The notes under the pieces: model-generated
Told to the model about the DNA's origin: nothing
The model's input: only the letters and a program-made list of their open reading frames with translations
Databases searched by the model: none
Source of the DNA: Isurus oxyrinchus
Taxonomy: Eukaryota
DNA: 64,000 bases
NCBI GenBank assembly: GCA_026770705.1
Contig: JANJGN010000385.1
Coordinates: 124,001-188,000, forward strand
Reading direction: 5' to 3'
Shown here: one piece after another, positions 13,201 to 25,887 of the stretch
Layout: each line of letters opens with the position of its first letter
How positions within the stretch are numbered: position 1 is the first letter of the stretch
Position numbers and translations under genes: made by a program

Positions 13201-15269
13201 TTATTGAGAATCAGACAGTGTGTTATATTAAGCTGTGTTTTGTGTTAATATGTAAACGTCACAGTTTGTGTTATTTCCCATTGAGTGTTGAATGTGAATT
13301 GTTGAGTAATTATAACACAGCACTTACCAGAAACATGAAGCTGGGTTACAGGGTAATAGTTATGGCTCGGACCATTGTCAAATTCTATCCTGAAAAAATA
13401 AGGTCCTGCATCTTCCCGTCTGATGTTGTTTATAATCAGGGAACAGTCGCCATCTTTCAGGTCTCCAGACAGCCGGGTCCGATGGTGGAACCGTGGTAAC
13501 TCGTGACTGTGATCCTTGGAGTGAAAGGCAATGGGAGCCCAGGGAATCTGTTTCTCATTATTAAACCAGACTCCACCTCGCGGTTGGCTTTCCAAATGTG
13601 ATGGATAACTGTAATGACATGGAATCTGTACACACGAACCTTCCTGCGCTGTCACCTCTCGGGGAGTGTCACCTTTCCACTCTTGTGACAGTCCAACTGG
13701 GGAGAGAAATATCAATATTTAACTCTGGATGTTTTGAAGATCCATTAGGCTCAATATCCACCCCCTCCATCACTGGGGCACAGTGGCTGCAGTGTGGACC
13801 ATCTACAGGACACACAAGGTACTCCCCAAGGTTTCACAATGGATGGAAGAGAGTCCTGGACACAGGAGTGGACTAGTTCATTCTACATTGGCTCATGGTC
13901 CTCAGGACCCTGTTTAGTGAAGCCAGTGAGACAGTGTCACTGTGCCTTGTATTATAATGCTCCTGTGTAGCCCCTTGGATTTTTTTTTTTACAGTTAAGG
14001 CGCTATGTAAATATAATCTATTGCTCTCTGCTCATCTGGACCATTTGGATTCTTCATTTCAAGCGGACTGGTGACAGCTTCATGTTCAGTCCAAATGCAG
14101 CCTCTAATTATCACTTTAATGTCAATGATTAAATGTGACCCAACACACTGTCTACAAGACACACCAACTGAGATCCATTCAGTGCTGATTTACAAGACAG
14201 GACAATGGATTAGGAGCCCTCAGAACTCCCCCCATTATCACCGTCATGAATCACTAATTAGCCTAACATTCCTGTCTGCTCCTCAACACAGCTGATTGGT
14301 TAATCTGATTCAATCTGATTGGTGCACTTTGGACCTTCATTGGCTGAGGAATCTCGTTGGATCCTCATTGTTTAAGGAATCTCTTTGGATCCTCATTGTT
14401 TAAGGAATCTCTTTGGATCCTCATTGTCTAAGGGATTATTTCTGATCCAAACCCCATATTGTTGTATTGTTGATTCCGATGCAGCATTGTAGACTGACTT
14501 GTCCCCAAGCTCAGCACTGACCCTACTCCAGCAGACACTGTGAAACACACTAACAAAGCGCCTCTAGCCTGAGCTCTGCATGTGTCGAGAGAAAGACAAA
14601 TATACAAACTGAATATTGACCCATTTACACACGGACAGCTTTACCTTCCTTCTCTCTTTCAGTTATCTTGCTCCCTTATTGAAGTATCTGGCAAGGTGAG
14701 AATGGACAGGAAGTGTGACACTGAACAGCCTGTCTATTCTAGGAGCTGCTGTGTTGTCTTCATGGGAAATTCTGAATAAAATCAGCAAAAGACACATTTC
14801 AGGATATTGCTATCAGACACCTAACATAGGGAGAGACTTCATCCTCCAGTTTTTATCCCTGATTTTCTACTCAACCTTTTACCACCCTTCCCCCCATCCA
14901 CACTGACTTACATAGGCTCCCAGTCAAGCAGTACCTCCATTTTAAGATTCTCATGCTCAATTCCCAATCCCCCCAACCCCCTCTCCAGTCCCTACCTCTG
15001 TAACCTCATCCAGCCCCTTCACCCCTCTGAGATCTCTGCTCTCCTCCAATTCTGCTGTCAGACAGGGAGTCAGTGTATATCAGTGAGCACAGGGGTGATG
15101 GGTCAATGGGACTTGGTCTGTGTTTGTACACTGGCTCACTGCTGAATCAGTTCCCAATCACAGCTCAATAAGAATGATCTTTACAAAGACACTTTACCAT
15201 AAATCTGTCCAAGCTGACGATGATATTACCTTGGAGAAGTGACAGGAGGAAGTAAGATTTCCCGATCAT
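4189..15269 (-). CDS. Gene A: Siglec-like receptor (leader, V, 2 C2, TM); link to cytoplasmic exons uncertain
   Basis: Join complement 15230-15269, 13328-13696, 12172-12468, 5552-5833, 4189-4285. Open frame, GT-AG introns, exon sizes identical to the gene C counterparts. Confidence 0.82.
4505..5512 (+). mobile_element. Degenerate non-LTR retrotransposon (CR1/L2 superfamily) 3' portion
   Basis: Homologous to 52595-53320 (+) and 46920-47345 (-); shared tail ggcagctcaccaccaccttctcaaggg. Confidence 0.75.
5552..5833 (-). CDS. Gene A Ig domain 3 exon
   Basis: YTPQNLSINSLDMINASSINIIEGNSAVIICSVESFP...YQCVAENEHG; 282 nt, AG/GT. Confidence 0.9.
5960..6380. repeat. 33-bp minisatellite (CAGTACTGAGGGAGTGCTGCACTGTCAGAGGGT)
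   Basis: Period 33; ~5885-6250 is also duplicated at ~7769-8135. Confidence 0.9.
7390..8638. repeat. 33-bp minisatellite array
   Basis: STEGVLHCQRV-type ORFs reflect the 33-nt period. Confidence 0.95.
8640..11690 (-). mobile_element. CR1-type LINE ORF2 (endonuclease + RT), degenerate
   Basis: Fragments LNAHSIWNK..ETWL (EN), DLVMCN, SPGPD..NYRPVSLTS, YLDFQKAF, LYKALVRPHLEYC; flanked on both sides by the 33-bp minisatellite. Confidence 0.93.
11695..11955. repeat. 33-bp minisatellite
   Basis: Same unit. Confidence 0.9.
12172..12468 (-). CDS. Gene A C2-set domain 2 exon
   Basis: 297 nt, AG/GT, nearly identical to 40230-40526. Confidence 0.92.
12818..12855 (-). ncRNA. Minimal type I hammerhead ribozyme (Penelope-type), intron of gene A
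   Basis: Reverse complement GGT-CTGATGA-A-GAGTC-atacg-GACTC-GAAAC-GTTA-ACT. Confidence 0.7.
13328..13696 (-). CDS. Gene A Siglec-type V-set exon
   Basis: GLSQEWKGD...GSCVQIPCHY...GPYFFRIEFDNG; 369 nt, AG/GT. Confidence 0.93.
15230..15269 (-). CDS. Gene A leader exon coding part (MIGKSYFLLSLLQ)
   Basis: Exon 15230-15311 (82 nt, same size as in gene C), ATG at 15269. Confidence 0.85.
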
Positions 15270-15720
15270 TGTCCACTCCCAGATAATTCCTCAGCTTCTA
15301 ACTCTGAAGTTCTGAAAGAGAAAGGAGTTAATGAGACCTCACCTCTTGTCCAACAGCTCTCGAGAGATCAGAACTGCTTTTAGACAATGTCTTCACGGAT
15401 CTAATTTGATTCTCTGTGGGATGATAGGTGCTCTGCAGAGAGTTACAAGGCTTTAAGAAAGAAAAACATTGAAGGACTTGCATTTCTATAGCACCTTTCA
15501 ACACCTCAGGATATCCCAAAGCTCATGTCCCTGCACTTCCCTCATCCCTTGAGCTAGAAAGATGTTCTGTACAACAGACTTGAGCCTCACACCCAGATCT
15601 CAATAATTAGTAGAAATCTTTCAAAGGCATCAATCATTGGAATCTGTCTTTATAAAGTCACAACATCAACAAAGGACGGTGTTGGTCGTGGAAGTGAATT
15701 CCAATCGTTCCGTTACTTAC

Positions 15721-15860
15721 CCAGGACCTGTCCGACTTCTCGCCTGGGGAGGTACTGCCCACACGCTCTGCTTGGGCTGAATGACCTCTTCCTGTGCTGC
15801 TCCCTCTGTGTATTTAATGAGAAAGGGTGGATGTGTCACTGTGAGACAAAGTGGGAGGTG
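15721..15860 (-). promoter_or_regulatory. Gene A promoter and non-coding exon 1
   Basis: Reverse complement of the exon-1 block, donor GTAAGT at 15720-15715, TTAAATA at ~15811-15817. Confidence 0.65.
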
Positions 15861-15939
15861 GTTGCTGTCAAAGTATGAAAGCAAACTGTTAACCCTTGGA
15901 GTGCCAAGGCTGTGTCCGAATGTGACTAACCCTTTTCCC

Positions 15940-16852
15940 ATGTAACAGGCTCGAGGGGCTGAATGGCCTCCTCCTGTTCCTGTGTAATGGGATTGAGGGG
16001 GCTGAATGGGCCCCTCATGTTCATGTGTAACAGGCTCAAGGGGTTGAACGGCCTCCTCCTTTTCTTTTCTTACAAGCTCGAGAGGCTGAATGGGCCTCCT
16101 CCTGTTTCTGTGTCATAGGCTCGATGGGCTGAATGGGCCTCCTCCTGTTCCTGTGTCACAGGCTCGATGGGCTGAATGGGCCTCCTCCTGTTCCTGTGTC
16201 ACAGGCTTGAGGGGGCTGAATGGGCCTCCTCCTGTTCCTGTGTAACAGGCTCGAGGGGGCTGAATGGGCCTCCTCCTGTTCCTGTGTAACAGGCTCGAGG
16301 GGGCTGAGTGGGCCTCCTTCTGTTGCTGTGTAACAGGCTCAAGGGGCTGAATGGGCCTCCTCCTGTTCCTGTGTAACAGGCTCAAAGGGCTGAATGGCCT
16401 CCTCCTTTCTTCTGTGTAACAGACTCGAGGCGGCTGAATGGGCCTCCTCCTGTTCCTGTGTAACAGGCTCAGGGGGCTGAATGGCCCTCCTCCTGTTACT
16501 GTGTAACAGGCTCAAGGGGCTGAATGGGCCTCCTCCTGTTCCTGTGTAACAGGCTCGAGGGGCTGAATGGGCCTCCTCCTTTCTTCTGTGTAACAGACTC
16601 GAGGCAGCTGAATGGGCCTCCTCCTGTTCCTGTGTAACAGGCTCAAGGGGCTGAATGGGCCTCCTCCTGTTGCTGTGTAACAGGCTCGAGGGGCTGAATG
16701 GGCCTCCTCCTGTTGCTGTGTAACAGGCTCGAGGGGCTGAATGGGCCTCCTCCTGTTCCTGTGTAACAGGCTCGAGGGGGCTGAATGGGCCTCCTCCTGT
16801 TCCTGTGTTACAGGCTCAAGGGGCTGAATGGGCCTCCTCCTTTCTTCTGTGT
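15940..16852. repeat. 43-44-bp minisatellite (TGTAACAGGCTCGAGGGGCTGAATGGGCCTCCTCCTGTTCCTG), ~21 copies
   Basis: Direct periodicity; the unit resembles CR1 3' tails elsewhere in the window. Confidence 0.95.
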
Positions 16853-17829
16853 AAATGGCCAGTCCAAAGGATGTGTTTGATGCTGGGGTTAATGGCCTCC
16901 AACACAATCCTGTCCTCACATGATTAACTTAGTTAGTGACTGGTTACTGGTTAATGCAGGAGGATTATTTATTTTCCCAATCTTTTATCCATGTGTCTGG
17001 TTAGGATCTTTTCATCAAACACAGAGCGGAACCAGGATCGAGGATGTTGGTGTCTGAAATCTGTAACACATCGCACCGTCCACCCATTCACTCAGCCTTC
17101 AGGATGGAGGCTAATTGTACTTTCAAAAACGGAAAGACTGAAATGGTTGTAAGTTGTAGCTTTAGCTCATTCTGTTGTCAAAGCTGTTTCAGCCATCCAG
17201 GATACAGTGAAAAACGTACATTTGCAAGCAACTTTTCACATCATAGCTCCCTCTGTTCACAATGACATTGGCAACATCAATGTAAACATGTCACGCTGTA
17301 ATGACATCCTCCCACCAGTGCTGGCACCGTAGCACACCTGTTTTCCTCTGTGTTGTCGGAAGTCTACCAATTCTCCAATCAAATTGTTTCCCTTTCCCAG
17401 GCTGCGATTAGTTTAATATTAAACAATAACTCATAAAATACACATGTTCTCTGAACATATGTTTGACTGCAAAATGGTGAATAAATTATAGGGATTTGCT
17501 CTGGTCCAATTATCCACCGATCCTACATTTCCTGAAGTCTACACTGGCTGGTGAATATTCTGTAAACACTGACAGACAGGAAGGTGAATAACAGAATGAA
17601 AATTAACTCATAATCACGGACTGGAATGCACGGCCTGGAAGTGTTGTGGAGGCAGGTTCAATCGAGGCATTCAGGAGGGCATTAGATGATTATTTGGATA
17701 GAGAAAAGGTGCAGGGGCATGGGGAAAGGCAGGGCTATGACACTAGGTCATGATGCTCATTTGGAGAGCTGGGATAGACACGATGGGCTGAATGGCCTCC
17801 TGCTGTGCCATTAAGACTCTGTGATCCTG

Positions 17830-19630
17830 CAGAGGAGACTCTGAAAGGCAAACCGGTTTATTGATACAACCCTTTGTGTGTATTAATTGTGACAAACTTC
17901 TGGGAGGCCTTCTCGAACTCCAATTGTTGATAAGCATGACTCATATCAGCTCCGTGTAGGCCGTTCCAGTCAATTCTTGTCATCTCCACAAACACTTTGG
18001 CCAGGCTCAGGTCCAGGGACTATTGGTGCTGCCCATTCTGAGGACTGCACAGATTGTATCCCTCCCAGTTTCTAGAACCTGCCCAATTCAGCATCTGCCT
18101 TTTCCCACATTGCATAAGGTACTGGCCGTGCCTTCATAAATCAGAGGGGTAGAGTCTGGATCCACATGAATTTTTGCTTGCAGCCCCTGGATCTCCCCGA
18201 GTTCATCTTGGAAAACTGAGATGTATTTTTGTAGTAGCTCAGGTAGCCCACTGGCTCTCAGTTGGAAGATCTCAGACCAATCCAGTTTAATATCTTTCAG
18301 CCAGTTTCGTCCAAGGAGGCTTGGTCCCTCACCAGCTCCCATCATCAAGGGTCATTTTACTGATTGACTTCCATACTGTATAACAACCCTGCTTATGTCT
18401 TTGGCTTGAATGTCTTCTCCCGTGTAAGTTTTCAGTTAGTCATCTGTTTCTTCCAAATTTAATTGACTTTCCCCATGATTCCAGTATTTGAAAGTATGCT
18501 CACCAATTAGCGTAATGTTAGCTCCTGTGTCCACCCCCATTCTGAGAGCTCTATCATTCACCCTCACTGTTACATAGATTGGCTCTGTTCTTCCTACCTT
18601 TAAATTATACAATGAATAACTATCTGAATCTGTTACTTCAGGCTCTTCTTTGTTATGGATCTCACAGGGTTTTCTCTCTTGATTGAAACTCTGCCTGATT
18701 CTATCCTTGCAATCTCTCATGGGCTCTCTGTTTCGATGACAGTAAAAACAATTGATTTTTTTAAAGTTCCATTCACTACGAGGTTGTCTGCTTCACCTCT
18801 GTTCCCATTATTCCATGTTTTCTCTGCAAAGTCATTCCTTTTTATTTGCTGCTAGTGGTGGAGGTTTCCCGCTTCTCATCAGAGCTGTACATTTTCCCGC
18901 ACTTCTTGGCTGAGGCTCCTCACCCAACATGAGGACGGTGACATTTTGTACTCTCCATATGTTTTTCGAGTCCCTCACTGCTCTTTCCATAGCCAGCACT
19001 CTTCCCAGAGCCTTCTGAATATCCAAATCTGTTTCAGACAGTAATCTCTTCTGAATCGAATCTTCATTTATACTGCACACCAGTCGATCTCTCAGCATAT
19101 CATTTATAGATTTACCAAACTCACAATGTCCTGTTAACTGTTTCAGAATTCCCACATAACATGCAGCTGCCTCCCCTGGGACTCTATTTCTTGAGTTAAA
19201 TTTGGACCGTTGCATCGTTACCGAGGGCTGGGGCTGGGAAGGAATCTTCACAAGGTTCACTATATCATCTAAACTTTTTGAATCCATGGCACCGGGTGAC
19301 ATTAAAGTTCGCATCAATCCCTAAATCTTACTCCCACACGTGGATAAGAGGGTCGCTCGCCTCTTCTCCTCCCCATCAATGTCATTCACTTGGAAAAAGA
19401 ACGCGAGAAGTTCACCATAATGAGACCAATCGCCCACCGTTGGGTCGAAAGGATCAACTCTTCCAAACTGCAGCATTCTTCGAGGGGGCTGCCTCGGTTA
19501 TTAGGATGGAAATTATATTTATAATCACTGCGTGAGGCACAGCCCGATTTCGGTTCCCTTGCTCTCATTCCTTGATTTTTCTTCCTTGTTTTTCACCTCA
19601 TCGCCAGTTTATTCAACCCTTGTCACTACT
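17830..19630 (-). mobile_element. Gypsy-type LTR retrotransposon relic (gag, protease, start of pol)
   Basis: CEFG..MLRDRLVCSI..IQKRLL gag, GVDTGA protease, SLLGRNWL; PBS-like TGGCGATGAGG at 19596-19606. Confidence 0.88.
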
Positions 19631-20169
19631 TTAGTTTGCACTCCCTCGGTACTGAGCCTGCGACAGTGCAGCATTCCCTGGGTACGGACCCTCCGACTGT
19701 GCAGTGGTCCCTTAGTCATGACCCCCTGATAGTGCAGCAGCTCCTAAGTACTGATGCTTGAAAAGTGTAGCGCTCCCTCAGCATTGACCATCTGACAGTG
19801 CAGCACTCCTTCAGCACTGGCACACCCAGAGTGCAACACTCGCAGTACAGACCCTCCGACAGTGCAGCACTAAGTCAGTGCTGACCGTCCAACAGTGCAA
19901 CACTCCCTCAGTACTGACTCTCCGACTGTGCAGGACTCTCAGTCCTGACACCGAGTGCCGGTCTGGTTTGCCAGCCTGAATTTTGCCAAATGAATTTCGA
20001 ACTGACGACCTTCTCACTCAGAGAGAGAGAGAGGGTTCGAAATCCAGTGACACACAGGAGAAATTCCTGGTCAATGACTTTCCACTTTTGAGCAGAAATA
20101 TCATCACAAGTCCAGAACGCAAAGGGTTAACAGCTGCAAAAAACTCAAAACACGACCTGTTCTGTCACT

Positions 20170-20317
20170 TTGATCCAACTTCCTCATTTTGTCTCACAGT
20201 GACACATCCACCCTTTCTCATTAAATACACAGAGGCAGCAGCACAGGAAGAGGTCATTCAGCCCAAGCAGAGCGTGTGGGCAGTTCCTCCCCAGGCAAGC
20301 AGTCGGACAGGTCCTGG
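20170..20317 (+). promoter_or_regulatory. Gene B promoter and non-coding exon 1
   Basis: ACTTCCTC box ~20178, TTAAATA 20221, donor at 20317/20318. Confidence 0.62.
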
Positions 20318-20767
20318 GTAAGTAACGGAACGACTGGAATTCACTTCCACAACCAACACCGTCCTTTGTTGATGTTGTGACTTTATAAAAACAGATTCCA
20401 ATGATTGATGCCTTTGAAAGATTTCTACTGATTATTGAGATCTGGGTTTGAGGCTCAATTCTGTTGTACAGAACATCTTTCTAGCTCAAGGGATGAGGGA
20501 AGAGCAGGGACATGAGCTTTGGGACATCCTGAGGAGGTGAAAGGCGATATAGAAATGCAAGTCCTTCATTGATTTATTTTTTTAAAGCTTTTTAACTCTC
20601 TGCAGAGCACCTATCATCCCACAGAGAACCAAATTAGTCTGTGAAGACATTGTGTAAAAGCAGTTCTGATCTCTCGAGAGCTGTCGGACAAGAGGTGAGG
20701 TCTCATTAACTCCTTTCTCTTTCACAGTTTGAGAGTGAGAAGCTAAAGGAATATCTGGAAGTGGACA

Positions 20768-20807
20768 ATGATCGGGAAATCTTACTTCCTCCTGTCACTT
20801 CTCCAAG
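20768..20807 (+). CDS. Gene B leader exon coding part
   Basis: MIGKSYFLLSLLQ, donor AAG|GTAATA. Confidence 0.8.
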
Positions 20808-21839
20808 GTAATATCATCATCAGTTTGGACAGACTTATGGCTAATAGTCTTTGTAAAAGATCATTCTTATTGAGCTCTGATAGGGAACCGATTCAGCAGT
20901 GAGCCAGTGTACAAACTCACACCAAGTCCCAATCACCCATCACCCCTGTGCTCACTGATATACACTGACTCCCTGTCTGACAGCAGAACTGCAGGACAGC
21001 AGAGACCTCAAAGGGTTTCAGGGCTGGAGGAGGTGACAGTGACAGGGAGTAGAGAGGGAGGATGGAGGGATAAGGAATCAATGAAGAGATTTTGAAAATT
21101 GAGTCATTGCTGGACTGGGAGCCAGTGTAGGTCAGCGAGTGACAGGAGAGCGATCGGCTGAATAGAGAAGCAGGGATAAAAACTGGGGGATGAAGTCTAT
21201 CCTGATGCTAGCACTCCGATATCAATGCCCTGAAATTTTTCTCTCTTGCTGATTTTCATCAGAATTTCCCATGAAGACAACACAGAAGCTCTTAGATTAG
21301 ACAGGCAGTTCAGCGTCACACTTCCTGTCCATTCTCACCATGCTAGAAAATTCGATAAGATAGCAAGATAACTGATAGAGAGAAGGGAGGCAAAGCTGTC
21401 TGTATGTAGAACTGTCAAATATTCTGAGTTATCATGATGGTTTCTGATCTGCTGCAGAGTTTATATTTCATTGAAACTTATCACTTTGCAGCTCAGAGAG
21501 AGACCATTGACTCACTGCCTGAAAGGGCGGTGGAAGCAGATTCAACAGGAACTTTCAGAAGGGGAACTGGATAAATACTTGAAGGGGACATTTTGCAGGG
21601 CTGTGGGGGAGAGAGCAGAGGTGAGAGTGGGAATAATTGGACAGATCTTTCAAAGGCCCAGCACAGGTTCGATGGGCCAAATGGCTTCCTTCTGTTCCAG
21701 ATCATTCGACAATCCGATAAATTAAGTCCGATTTCAATAACTCTTCAGGCTCCTGCTGCAGGAATGGATCTTTGAGAAGGACAGGGAGCAAGCGGTTTCT
21801 CATATCATGTTCATATTTATTGACAATTACATAAGTGTA

Positions 21840-24800
21840 CGGAACTGTTGAATATTTGAGTCTCTAAAGTGTAGATTTGACCTTCTGGTACACCCAGATC
21901 TTGTGCTGGTTACCTTGTCCGGAGGTGTCTTTAACTGCTCACAGTGATCTGTGGGATTGTCACCCTTGGATGTTGTTCCTGATTTCATGTGGAATCTTCT
22001 CCTCGATGGAATAGGAGCGGGAATGTATCTGATTTATCCTCGGTTCCGCCTCACCGCTGTGCCCTTGTGTGTTTGACTCCATAGGCCGTTGGTTCTGAAC
22101 AAATCCTTGTCACCTCGGCTGGTGGTCATGAACCTTCTGTGGGATCCTGGATGTGAACTTGTCCCAACTGTAAACTTGGTAACTCTGCACCTCCATTTTT
22201 ATCACGAACATTCCTTATCTTCTCTTGTAGTTTTAAAAGTTGCGCTCTGGTTTCTGAGAGAGTAGAATGGGTAAGAATAGCGAAATTGGTCACTACTGGC
22301 CCACCAAACATGCTCTCTGTCAGTGATGGAATAAGGTGAGGTGATGGTGTAGTGGTATTGTTGCTGGACGAGTAATTCAGAGACCCAGGGTAATGTCCTG
22401 AGCATATGGGTTCAAATCCTGCCATAATAGATGATGGAATTTGAATTTAATAAAAAGATGAAATTCAAAGTCTAGTGATGACCACAAAACGATTGTTGCA
22501 AATCCGACCTGGTTCACCAGTGCCCTTTAGGGAACAAAATTGTCTGGCCGACATGTGACTCCAGACTCCACGTCAATGTGGTTAACTCTTACATTAGGGA
22601 TGGGTAATAAATCCTGGCCTGACCAGTGACTCCCACATCCCATGAATGAATTTAACAAAGTTGCAGTTGTAGGTGTCGATCTCAGATGTAACATTGCAAT
22701 GTGTGGATCTTGCTTGGCCTGTCTACATTTGAGAATTAGGGATCTCACTGTGTGAACCATTCATTCAGCTAGGCTGTTAGATCTGGGGTAATGAGGAGAA
22801 GAAGTAGTGTGATTGATATTCCAGATTATCTGTAATCATGTCCCTACGCTCACCAAATAAACTGAAAATAGTGCTTAGAGTGTAAGCAGCAGTTGTGCTC
22901 GGTGTGTTGTGCTATTTTTGAATAACGGGATATCTGGTAAAGCTGTCGACGATGATGATGAAGTCAGTGACATGGACATGAAAGGATTCAGATGTGATTT
23001 TGGACTAAGAATGGGCAGGAATTTCCTGTGGAATCAGTGGTTCTTTGTGTTGACTTGGCTCATCCTCTTGACAAGCCTCGAACTTCCCTACAACGACTTC
23101 AAGGTCATTGTTTATACCCGGCCAGGGACTGTATCTCTTGTGAGTCTCCTTGTCTGATCTGTGCCCATGTGTGAAGGATGAAGTTGTTGAAGAATATATC
23201 ATCACAAAGGTTCTGGTATGAAGCGATGCCTGCCATTAAAAATGACTCCCTGGGAGATGCCTCGCTTATCCCGATGACGTCAAGTTGAATCAGGCCACCC
23301 TTTCAATGATATTTCCACAGTTCCTGTAGAATTTTTCACTGTCCCCTCTTGTAGATGCTGGCATTTCTGTTGTGCTAAATGTTCTGGATCAATTGACAGA
23401 CTTGCATTCTCCTGCAGGTGTAATGTTGCAGCTCCCTTGAAACTGCAAATACTGTTGAAACTTTCTGCATATTTCAATGTTATGTCCATGAGCTGAGTTG
23501 ATGGGGTAGTTTCTGAGGTTGACCCATGTCAGTTCTGACAGATTCCATCGATTGTCACTAGTGTGAGGTCACTGCATGCCGGTAGACTTGCAATTGCTCA
23601 GCCTTTAGTCTCCACGATGTAGAACATCTGTGACACCCAGGAGGATTGATTGTACTTGCACCCCAGGACTATGTATTCCGCACATGGAGTTGGTAAAGTG
23701 TTGTACACAGCAGTAGGTTTCCCCATGGACTTCCATGTCCTTGGATACATGTCTTTGAAAATTTACTGGGGTGGTCTGGGGGAGGGGAATGTTGGCACTT
23801 GCCCTTGTGTCAATCTTGGCCAATAAAGGAGAGGTAGCAACTTTCTCAGGGCAGATAATTGGAATCTTGGCCAATAGTGCGGGTGATGTGACAGCATCTG
23901 TTCTCCGTGAGATTGATGGTGTAAAAGGTGTGAAATTGTTCAACAATTGCACAAAACGTTGAGCACAAATGTTGCACAAACTCTAGGCCGGGGTTTTCCG
24001 GCCCAGTCATGGTAGGACCTGCCTTGGGAGATTGGGACAAATATAAATCCATTGGCTTTCGGCCGGACCGGACAATCCTGGCAGTGGGTGGGGCCAGAAA
24101 ATCCCACCACTATGGGACATTTTCAGTTTATTTGATGTGCCCAGAGAGATCATTAAGGACAACAATCCACAATTTATTGGCAAGCCACGTCAGGATATGT
24201 GTGAGAGGTGGAATATCGATCACCGCTCCTCGTCTCACCATGTACATCATCGCCATTTCCTGGTTTGTCAGTCACCACATGTATATGTTCCTGATGGGAT
24301 AGCGGATGGTCATTCTTATTGATTGAAGGTTCCCCGTTGTGTAGGGTCTGTTTGGATCAGCGCATGGCTCCTTGTAGCTGCATCAGCCTTTGCTCTAGTG
24401 CCCTGCCACTGTCAATGGCCCTTTCTGCCACAAGCCTTGCAGGATTGGTGGAAAGCTGGGCATTTCCTTGGTGCCTGCAGAAGGCCACACCTTCCACACG
24501 TCTCACTAGGTTTGGATGTTCTAGTGAGTGTGTCAACAACTTATGTTGTACTGAGGACCTGTAAGCTTCGTTGACCTGCGAGGATCACTTCGTATTTATG
24601 TCTATCCTTGAGTAGCTCTTCAATGCTATAGGTTTTGGTCTTATCTAGCAGATCTTTCTGGAAGGCTTCCATGGGAGTGGATGCGATCACCAACTCAACA
24701 ACTGTGTCTGCAGGCTCTGTGTTTGAAATCACAGTGCGTACCCTTTTCTCTACATCGGCTGATGAAGTGGTCTATGGGTTGTGTAGGTTGATGAAATGAC

Positions 24801-25880
24801 ATAAACTCTAGTTGATGAATATGGAGTTTCACCTGATTCTGAACCTGTCTTCCAATGTCGTCCATATCTATTGGGGATCCTTTCGCTCTTCTGCTGTTAA
24901 TCCTGACGTGTTCAGCCTGTGTAGACCTTTATTCCCAATCCCGAGGTGAATTTTTATGGGTGGTTCGTCTGGTTCAGTCACACCTGAATCAGGAAACCAG
25001 AGCTCTGTACGCTGTTTAAACATTCTGAATTCAGATAGTCGGTCAGCTACATCCCAGTTCAAACTGGGGAATTTCGTGGACGTTCTGACAATATTCCTTT
25101 GACCTTCCTTCTCCTACAGGACCTGGGATGAGTGTCGCTTTAGCCCCTTTCGTGCGCTTTTCCGAAGCTCCGCCCACGAAGACAGGTTGTGGCAGGAACA
25201 CACCACGGAGTAATGGAGTCTTTGTTTTTTATTCAATTTGCTGTTCAGCAATCTCGAAGCCGCCCGTTATAATCACTAACTTCTCTGGCCTGATTTTTAT
25301 AATGGTTTTTGTGTGTTTGACTCTCCCTCGCTCACTATCGATCCAGCCCACACCCTGGTCACTCGCCTTCCCTGACTGAGCTAACCCGCTGCTGGTCCTG
25401 GCGATACACACTGTCCCACTCACTGACCTACAGGCCGTGTGCTGTAATCTCACCACGAGGGATCCGTCTGCTCCCCAGCTCTTTACTTGAGCTCTTTCCC
25501 GTCACTGTGTCTTCAAAGGTTTCCTGAGCAGTCAGTACACTGCGATTTCAACCCTCTCTGATGCTGTGTCTCTGTTGTGGTCTGACCAAAGCGTCGAGGG
25601 TCGTCTCATGTCATGTAGCTCGATCTAAGGCTGTTCACCACGTCATACCTGTACTGAATCTTGCTGCCAGAATGTTTGGCCATCGCTGATCACCATGTTG
25701 TGTTTTTATAATGATATAAAGGCACCAACCACTGATACGGAATTGGGTAAATACATTGTGGGTTCAGTTATTTAGAACAGGGACATGAGAACAGATATAC
25801 AAGGATAGAAAGCTGGGAGACACCTGCAGCCAAACTGTGTGAGCTGTGTTCTGCTCACAGGCCAAAGTGAAACTTGGACT
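21840..25880 (-). mobile_element. Second Gypsy-type LTR retrotransposon relic in gene B intron 2
   Basis: gag FRMFKQRTELWF, protease KIDTRASAN, integrase HKRYSPWPGINND and HLRSTP; LTR/PBS-like junction CA|TGGTGATCAG at ~25686-25697. Confidence 0.85.
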
Positions 25881-25887
25881 GGATGGT

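Noticed and set aside
15940-16852. CRISPR-like periodicity in this and other arrays
   Set aside because: Head-to-tail units without unique spacers, no cas genes, vertebrate context
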